Source: an uncultured Gammaproteobacteria bacterium (GTDB lineage: Bacteria; Patescibacteriota; Microgenomatia; Levybacterales; GWA1-39-11). Taken from it: 64,000 bases of DNA. The notes beneath the pieces are model-generated. The model did not search any database. It saw nothing but the letters and a program-made list of their open reading frames with translations, and was not told the DNA's origin. Each line of letters opens with the position of its first letter. The stretch's first letter is position 1. Location: positions 9,411 to 73,410 of the forward strand of contig CAZDED010000005.1 in assembly GCA_964504535.1 (NCBI GenBank). Direction: 5' to 3'. Made by a program: the position numbers and the translations under genes. Positions 58,021 to 64,000 of this stretch are shown piece by piece.

Positions 58021-58539
58021 ATGCCAAGTTCAAAAAATATAACATCACTACAAGACATTAAAGAAAAGGTCGAAAAGGCTCAAGCTATCTTTTTGGTAGA
58101 CTATGCTGGACTTACCCATATCCAACTTGAAGAATTCAGACATGAGTTAGCCTCTTCGAAAGGTGAAATTGCAATTCTCAAAAACACGCTCGTAAATATA
58201 GCTCTTCAGGATAAGAAAATTGATGCTGCTGATAGACTTAAAGGTCCACACGCAGTAATCTTTGCATATGAAGATCCTATCGGTACAGCAAAAGCACTCG
58301 TTGCATTCAATAAAAAATATCAACTCCCAACAATCAAATTCGGAGTCTTTGAGAATTCTATAATTGAAGAAGGAATGGTAACAGCACTTTCAACTATTCC
58401 TCCAAAAGAGGTACTTATCGCAAAACTTTTGGGATTACTCAATTCACCAATCACAAGTCTTGTATACGATCTTAACTACAACATTCAAAAATTAGCACAA
58501 CTATTAAGCGCTATTGAGAAAAAGAAGGCAAGCGCTTAA
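58021..58539 (+). CDS. rplJ: 50S ribosomal protein L10
   Basis: VDYAGLT...L. Confidence 0.85.
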   Translation: MPSSKNITSLQDIKEKVEKAQAIFLVDYAGLTHIQLEEFRHELASSKGEIAILKNTLVNIALQDKKIDAADRLKGPHAVIFAYEDPIGTAKALVAFNKKYQLPTIKFGVFENSIIEEGMVTALSTIPPKEVLIAKLLGLLNSPITSLVYDLNYNIQKLAQLLSAIEKKKASA

Positions 58540-58650
58540 GAAGCACTAAACACTAATTTCGAAGCACGAAACAAATTCAAAAGTTTCAAACATTATAAAT
58601 TGAGATTTTGGGATTGTTTCGAATTTCGATATTCGGATTTCGAATTTAGC
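58540..58650 (+). repeat. MITE-like intergenic repeat, copy 2 (same arms as 25469..25558, different core) occupying the rplJ-rplL spacer
   Basis: aagcactaaa...ttcgaagcacgaaacaa ... ttgtttcgaatttcgatattcggatttcgaattt. Confidence 0.6.
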
Positions 58651-58674
58651 AAGAATTGGAGGTGACGACATATT

Positions 58675-59073
58675 ATGGCAAAAATGAAACAAGAAGAACT
58701 ATTAACAGCAATTGAAGAAATGTCAGTTCTAGAACTTTCAGAGCTTGTAAAAGCATTGGAAGAGAAATTCGGCGTAACAGCAGCACAACCCATGATGGCA
58801 GCAGCTCCAGCAGGAGCAGGTGCAGCAAGTGGAGAGGCAGCTGAAGAAGCAGAAGAACAGACGATCTTTAATGTCGTCATTACTGCATCCGGAGCTAACA
58901 AACTAGGCGTTATTAAGACTTTGCGAGAATTAGCCCCAACTTTGGGACTTAAAGAAGCAAAAGACTTAGTTGATGCTGCTCCAAAAGAAGTTTTGATGCA
59001 GGTTAACAAGAAAACAGCAGATGAAGCTAAAGAGAAACTTACCGCCGCAGGCGCAACAGTTGAACTTAAATAG
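58675..59073 (+). CDS. rplL: 50S ribosomal protein L7/L12
   Basis: [12 protein letters not shown]...Ala-rich hinge...[26 protein letters not shown]; GGAGGTGA RBS. Confidence 0.9.
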   Translation: MAKMKQEELLTAIEEMSVLELSELVKALEEKFGVTAAQPMMAAAPAGAGAASGEAAEEAEEQTIFNVVITASGANKLGVIKTLRELAPTLGLKEAKDLVDAAPKEVLMQVNKKTADEAKEKLTAAGATVELK

Positions 59074-59125
59074 TTTCTGAAGGTTACTCCTTCAAACGAA
59101 GGAGCAAGCTTCGCTTACAAAAGAA

Positions 59126-59150
59126 CCTCGATTTGATCGGGGTTTTTTTG
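59126..59150 (+). terminator. Rho-independent terminator cctcgat-ttg-atcgggg + ttttttt after rplL
   Basis: 7-bp stem (one G-U pair) plus U7. Confidence 0.55.
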
Positions 59151-59201
59151 TGGCTAAAGATGGCTTTAAATTTAAATAAAGTTTTCTGCTAAAATAAATA
59201 T

Positions 59202-60617
59202 ATGATTACGACAGAATCAGCACAGACTGGTTTACCAGATGAACAAAGAAACTTGGTTCCACCAAGAACAGAGGTAGTAAAAGAGATTTATACAAATTCT
59301 GTATCAAGCGTTGATAGAAAAGTTATTGATGAGAGGATGAAATTTTATGAAACTGGAGACGTTAAGGTATTTGATAGCATACAAAATCTGCGAGAAGAAG
59401 TAGGATCCCTTGATGGTTGGAAGAAAACAAAAGAAAATGCACAAAAAGAAATGTCTGAAGTTCCCGCAGACGTTTTAGAAAGCATACTTGAGAGATTCTC
59501 TCCTTTTATTAAAAATTTGCCTGCCGGACATAGTAAAGGCCATTTCCTTAGAGATACAGTAAATCTTTCAATGGCTTTTCAAGATTCATCACTTGCGGAT
59601 TATGATGCAACAGAAGTTCTCGTTGGATTATTTGGAGCAATGTTTCATGATATAGGTAACTCAGTCGTTGACAGATATCAAGAACAAAAAAGATTTTCGG
59701 GACACGCTGAAGTAGGAGCACACCTTTTTGGGGAAGTGTCAAAAGGTTTGATGGGTGACAATCTTCGAAAGATGGTAATGCTAGCAATTGCAGGACACAC
59801 GCATTACACAAAAGATATTGTCGTAACTAAAGAGGGGGAGTCTAAAACAAAAAAACCATATGATGACGAAGTAGTTGATGGGAACAGAATGGCTTTCTGG
59901 TGGACACGACAGGCGGACCGCCTGGATATTCAAGGCTCTGTTGGCGATATTAGGCACATAATCACAAAGGCTGATCCTACTGAGGATTTTGGAGATGGTC
60001 AGTTCCATCAGGTTTGGGATACACCTGAAAGAGACTTCAAGCACCAATTCAGTCCGGTTTTTAGAACCCCAGAACAAAGAGCTTCGAAAGAAAAACCTGA
60101 ATCTACCAACAATGTTTTGGAGCATTTAAAGATGTTTGCAGATTCAAATTTTAATCCAAACTTGCCCTATGCAAAACATGATAATCCTTTTTATTCAAGA
60201 CTCATAAAGGAAGCAGCTGATGATCAAAGTGAATTTATTTCAGCAGTTGCAGGCGAAAAACCAAATATGTCTCCTCAGGATGCCAATACTGCATTTGAAA
60301 GATTTTTTAAAATGTGCCAAATGATAGAACCTGCCCAGAATACGGGGGAGGCAGTCGAAAAATTGCGCAAGAAGTTCAGCCTTCTAACACCCGACGAGCG
60401 TTCACAGTGGGCAAATGGTTTTAGTGTTTTGACTCAGAGGATTTATCCACGAAGATATGAAAGGTTCAAGGCAATACTTAACTATCCTACACCCGCTAAA
60501 ATTCAAGATAAGAATGAAGCTGCCCGTCAAAAAGTAAGCGATATTATCAATAATCATATGTACCCACTTGCTGCTGAAGTTTGGGAACAATTTAATCCTG
60601 CGAAAATTGCTGCATAA
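59202..60617 (+). CDS. HD-domain phosphohydrolase-like protein (471 aa)
   Basis: H...HD...D metal motif (GHSKGH, MFHDIGN, HAEVGAH, DRLD). Confidence 0.55.
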   Translation: MITTESAQTGLPDEQRNLVPPRTEVVKEIYTNSVSSVDRKVIDERMKFYETGDVKVFDSIQNLREEVGSLDGWKKTKENAQKEMSEVPADVLESILERFSPFIKNLPAGHSKGHFLRDTVNLSMAFQDSSLADYDATEVLVGLFGAMFHDIGNSVVDRYQEQKRFSGHAEVGAHLFGEVSKGLMGDNLRKMVMLAIAGHTHYTKDIVVTKEGESKTKKPYDDEVVDGNRMAFWWTRQADRLDIQGSVGDIRHIITKADPTEDFGDGQFHQVWDTPERDFKHQFSPVFRTPEQRASKEKPESTNNVLEHLKMFADSNFNPNLPYAKHDNPFYSRLIKEAADDQSEFISAVAGEKPNMSPQDANTAFERFFKMCQMIEPAQNTGEAVEKLRKKFSLLTPDERSQWANGFSVLTQRIYPRRYERFKAILNYPTPAKIQDKNEAARQKVSDIINNHMYPLAAEVWEQFNPAKIAA

Positions 60618-60685
60618 GTATAATTCTTCATTGTGAGTGCCACGAACATATACTTTTTGACCTTAATTTGTTATAATCCAGAATT

Positions 60686-61306
60686 ATGGTAGAGAGAAAA
60701 TTAATTCCATACGATCCAAATCGTTTACCACCAGAAAAAGCTGATTTACAGATTGATGGTGTAGATTCTGACTTTTCTGGGATAACTGCAAGGAGTGGTT
60801 TTGCTGGAGTTGAGCGTATGATGGTAGAGCGTGATGGGGCAATTCTATTTGACACGATAAAAATTAATCCTTCACCTGGAGTGTTCGTTTTGCCAGTAAG
60901 GATAAATCATCAAAAGCTAGCGGAATACTTGTTGGTTAACGAATGGAAAGATAAGCTCGGAAAAAGGATTACCCAAATCCCCCAGGGAAGAGTTAACAAT
61001 GGAGAGACCGAAACAGAAGCTGCTAAGCGCGAAGTTAGAGAAGAGACCGGCCATGAACCATTCGGGCTTGTATTAGTTGGCAGGCAAGTTTTCGATTCTG
61101 CATACATGTCCAAAGAGCAGCCTTTTTATTTGGCACTGGTTCCTTATGGACAAGAAAGACAGGATTTAGAACTTGAAGGTGGGGAAGACATAGAAAAGCT
61201 TTCTTGGATGAGGCCTGAGGAAGTTAGAAAACTTCCAATAATTGATGGTAAAACAACAATTGGTATAGCCCTTGCTGAAAAAGTTCTAAATCCAAATCTC
61301 CTCTAA
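60686..61306 (+). CDS. Nudix hydrolase
   Basis: Nudix box GRVNNGETETEAAKREVREETGH. Confidence 0.7.
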   Translation: MVERKLIPYDPNRLPPEKADLQIDGVDSDFSGITARSGFAGVERMMVERDGAILFDTIKINPSPGVFVLPVRINHQKLAEYLLVNEWKDKLGKRITQIPQGRVNNGETETEAAKREVREETGHEPFGLVLVGRQVFDSAYMSKEQPFYLALVPYGQERQDLELEGGEDIEKLSWMRPEEVRKLPIIDGKTTIGIALAEKVLNPNLL

Positions 61307-61412
61307 AGTATTCCTTTTTTGAACTGATTCATGTATAATATCTACCTATACCGAATATTATTCTTCGGTTCTATTTTTGCTTAGGGCAACTTTAGATATA
61401 AGAAAAAAAATT

Positions 61413-61655
61413 ATGGCAATGAAATGCGACAACTGTAGTAAGGGAATTATGTATGGGCATAAAGTCAGCCATGCAAAAAACCGCACAAATAGAACCTGGA
61501 AACCAAACCTTCACAATAAAAGAGTTGTGATTGAGGGGCGTGCAATGAATCTAAAACTTTGTGCAAAGTGTATAAGACTTTTCAAAAAAGCAGCACAAGT
61601 TGTAAAAGAACAAAAAGAAGCCTCATCTACAACTCCGGTTGTTGCAACTGCTTAA
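61413..61655 (+). CDS. rpmB: 50S ribosomal protein L28 with C-terminal extension (ORF open from 61377)
   Basis: MAMKCDNCSKGIMYGHKVSHAKNRTNRTWKPNLH matches L28. Confidence 0.8.
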   Translation: MAMKCDNCSKGIMYGHKVSHAKNRTNRTWKPNLHNKRVVIEGRAMNLKLCAKCIRLFKKAAQVVKEQKEASSTTPVVATA

Positions 61656-61710
61656 AAGGTATTTAATTTTTACCTCATTTTCTTTATTTTTAACCTAACC
61701 TGTAGTAAAA

Positions 61711-62874
61711 TTGCTGACAATGGAATTTGATATTATTCATGGAGAGCAAGAAACCGATAATTCCAAAACAGCCCGTACAACACTGGGTCAACTTCATCCA
61801 GAAATCCGCGTTAACAACGTATTCGAGCAATCTACGCCCGTTGAAATACAGACAGATGAGATACCAGGCGGAAGGAAATACTCACTGCTAATAGAAGAGC
61901 CCTTGAGGAGTAGTGACCTAAGGAAAATTCTTGAAAGTTCATCAGACCAGAAATATGAACATCAGATTGCAGTTTCGTATTTAAGAGATGATATAGATGA
62001 GTTTGGGGGAAGACAGAAGAGTTATCTGCATGAAATGGGTAGACTTCTGGATATGCATGATGATACAGCTTTTGTAAATGATTTGCTGAGAAGCTTTGAT
62101 TCACACAAAGAAATATGGAGAAATACAGTAGGTTCGCAAGGGTTTGCCCAAGTTCTCATACGCGATTTTGACATTTATAACTCTCCGTATTTTGCCACAG
62201 CTAAATTTGTTGTCGATTATTTATCATCAAAAAGAAGTCCTCTAACAGAAAGTGATCGGATCAATCTAAATAGAAGGATGCTTGTAGAAAGATTCGGTAA
62301 GTTGGCATTACCTCAGCGTTTGACAATAATTGATACAGAGATGTCTCAATTTGGTGATGAACAAGAGGAAGAACAAACCCTAAGAATCAAAGATATAAAA
62401 GGTCTAAATTTTTCAATCGAGCATGAAGGAGAGAAATGGCATCTTACTGGAAAATGGGACGAAATAGTAGGATATTATCCAAAAAATACATATGCAATTA
62501 GAAGAGGCTATGATGCTGCAATCATTAGTCATTCTAGTAATGGTTTTACGATTTCACCGAATTCTGAGTTTCTTGTTCCTGCGATTGCTTGGAAAATTGA
62601 CAGCAATGGAAGAAGTCTAATAATTCCTTCAAGTTTTGGAAAAAATGTTTTGACAAGACATGTAAAAGGAAAGCCTTCCTTATCATTGTCTTATCAACTC
62701 AGCGAGCGTCATAAATCGAATTCAGTTGCTGGTTTGACTGTATTACAGTATGTTTTGGGATATCAAGAAGCTGCCGGTATACCACCAGAGCATATTCCTG
62801 AGATGGCTTTGCTGAGACGGAGAGAGTTATTGCGTAGTGGTTTTATAAAAAAGGCTGAAGACCTGGTTAAATAA
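61711..62874 (+). CDS. hypothetical protein (387 aa)
   Basis: ORF only. Confidence 0.45.
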   Translation: MLTMEFDIIHGEQETDNSKTARTTLGQLHPEIRVNNVFEQSTPVEIQTDEIPGGRKYSLLIEEPLRSSDLRKILESSSDQKYEHQIAVSYLRDDIDEFGGRQKSYLHEMGRLLDMHDDTAFVNDLLRSFDSHKEIWRNTVGSQGFAQVLIRDFDIYNSPYFATAKFVVDYLSSKRSPLTESDRINLNRRMLVERFGKLALPQRLTIIDTEMSQFGDEQEEEQTLRIKDIKGLNFSIEHEGEKWHLTGKWDEIVGYYPKNTYAIRRGYDAAIISHSSNGFTISPNSEFLVPAIAWKIDSNGRSLIIPSSFGKNVLTRHVKGKPSLSLSYQLSERHKSNSVAGLTVLQYVLGYQEAAGIPPEHIPEMALLRRRELLRSGFIKKAEDLVK

Positions 62875-63709
62875 GATGAAGATTTTCTAATAATTCTTTT
62901 CCTTTTTCACCAAATCCATTGACAAAGTCTTTATAGTTCATTGGGTTTTTTCCTTCAACTTGAATTCTTCCTTCCGGCAACATTTTTACAATTTTGGTTT
63001 GCCCATTAAGACTTGTTGTGAACCAGACCCCTGGCCAAGGGTAGAAAGCACGTATCATGTTTTGGAGTTGGGAGTTAGAAGTTGGGAGTTTTGAAAGGTC
63101 TATACAGCCATCTTGTTTTGTGATCTTATAGCTCCATGTTTCTTTTGAGTGGTCTTGTGGGGTTTCAGTTATTGTTGTTCCGTTTTCAAGTTTTATGACA
63201 ATCTCCTCAACCATGTTTGCTCCAATTTCAAAAAGAATTGAGAGTAGGTCTTCTGAAGTTTCATTTCCAATCAGATTATACGGCTTTTGAGAAAGGATAG
63301 GGCCATGATCAATTTCGCTATCTAATTTTATAAGAGTTACTCCTGTTATTGTTTCGCCATTAAGAAGAGCATATTGGACGGGGGAGGGGCCTTTGTATTT
63401 TGGAAGGAGAGAGGGATGGATATTTATGATGCCGTTGTCAAAACTATCTATTGTAGATTTTGGAATAAAGGCACCGTAGGATGAGAGAATGGCAACATTA
63501 TGATTTAAGATTTGAGAATTGAAGGTTGAGAGTTCTTTAGCAGTGGAACAGATGAGTATCTTAACACTGTTCTTTTTACAAAAATTAATGAGTTGGGAAT
63601 TTGGATTTTTATCATTCGTGACAACCAGATCCAATCCATGTGGCAAAAGTTTTTCAACGACTGGAATTGTAAAATCGCCACTTCCAAAAAAAACTATTTT
63701 TTGTTGCAT
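62867..63709 (-). CDS. fmt: methionyl-tRNA formyltransferase
   Basis: IHPSLLPKYKGPSPVQYALLNGE, and the N-terminal KIVFFGSGDF. Confidence 0.85.
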   Translation of the reverse strand: MQQKIVFFGSGDFTIPVVEKLLPHGLDLVVTNDKNPNSQLINFCKKNSVKILICSTAKELSTFNSQILNHNVAILSSYGAFIPKSTIDSFDNGIINIHPSLLPKYKGPSPVQYALLNGETITGVTLIKLDSEIDHGPILSQKPYNLIGNETSEDLLSILFEIGANMVEEIVIKLENGTTITETPQDHSKETWSYKITKQDGCIDLSKLPTSNSQLQNMIRAFYPWPGVWFTTSLNGQTKIVKMLPEGRIQVEGKNPMNYKDFVNGFGEKGKELLENLHLI

Positions 63710-63718
63710 ATGGTTATT

Positions 63719-64000
63719 TTAACTTTTTTTGCGTTCTTTTATATAGTCTTGTGCCTTTTTTCCTTCAATTGGGCCAAGCCCTTTATCATTTGAGATGGCT
63801 TTGAGAATGCGTGCTGCAAAACGGAAATATGACCCATTTATATCTTCATGTTTCATAACCAGTCGAGTCCTAGCTGCAAAAAAATGTGCAAAATGTTGGT
63901 TGTAACTATGAGGCCACGTCATAGATCCATCAATATTTACAAATCTGGGCATTATACTACCACCCCTGAATTCTTGATAAGAAAGTCCATCGATGGCGCC
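63719..64000 (-). CDS. hypothetical protein, partial (N-terminus beyond window end); weak peptide-deformylase-like motifs
   Basis: The frame stays open to nucleotide 64000. DGLSY and KHEDING loosely recall the PDF EGCLS and HExxH boxes, and the gene lies next to fmt. Confidence 0.3.
   Translation of the reverse strand, partial: GAIDGLSYQEFRGGSIMPRFVNIDGSMTWPHSYNQHFAHFFAARTRLVMKHEDINGSYFRFAARILKAISNDKGLGPIEGKKAQDYIKERKKS

Noticed and set aside
1-64000. CRISPR array, diversity-generating retroelement, retron or alternative genetic code
   Set aside because: No run of regularly spaced direct repeats was found. No reverse-transcriptase (YxDD) ORF is present. Long ORFs (914, 591, 576 aa) close on standard stops with TGA, TAA and TAG all used, so code 11 fits and stop reassignment is unlikely.

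Overview
This window reads as an AT-rich, gene-dense bacterial chromosome segment, most consistent with a Candidate Phyla Radiation/Patescibacteria genome (Saccharibacteria-like) using the standard code. No tools were run; everything below is manual reading of the sequence and the ORF track.

Housekeeping genes found:
- Ribosomal proteins and neighbours: rpmG, rplA, rplK, nusG, secE, rplJ, rplL, rpmB.
- Central metabolism and translation: pgk, gdhA, argS, galU, ndk, truB, era, uppS, rnhB, fmt.
- Cell wall and DNA uptake: mreC, mreD, PBP2, dprA.
- A sensor kinase 3' fragment with two single-domain receiver proteins at the window start.
- Surface-protein machinery: DsbA-like, DsbB-like, sortase and signal peptidase I in one block.
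- Five Nudix hydrolases.

RNA genes:
- tRNA-Tyr(GTA), tRNA-Thr(GGT), tRNA-Trp(CCA) and tRNA-Arg(CCT).
- A 750-bp coding-free patch around Tyr/Thr is filled with tRNA-end duplicates and tRNA-like copies carrying small hairpin insertions.

Most unusual feature: six discrete GC-rich islands of about 0.5-1 kb, in two groups.
- Coding cassettes with their own Shine-Dalgarno sites and GC-rich terminators:
  - A Nudix hydrolase flanked by a 10-bp inverted repeat.
  - A 121-aa ORF preceded by a frameshifted pseudogene.
  - A two-gene minus-strand operon.
  - A stand-alone Lrp/AsnC ligand-binding domain protein.
  - A 262-aa unknown protein.
- One island of about 510 bp is ORF-less but hairpin-rich.

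GC content was judged by eye. Together they look like recent acquisitions from a high-GC donor, or less likely an assembly chimera.

Other notable points:
- A roughly 90-110 bp MITE-like repeat occurs twice intergenically, with a fragment inside dprA.
- L1 and NusG carry long charged N-terminal extensions.
- I found no CRISPR array, rRNA or reverse transcriptase.
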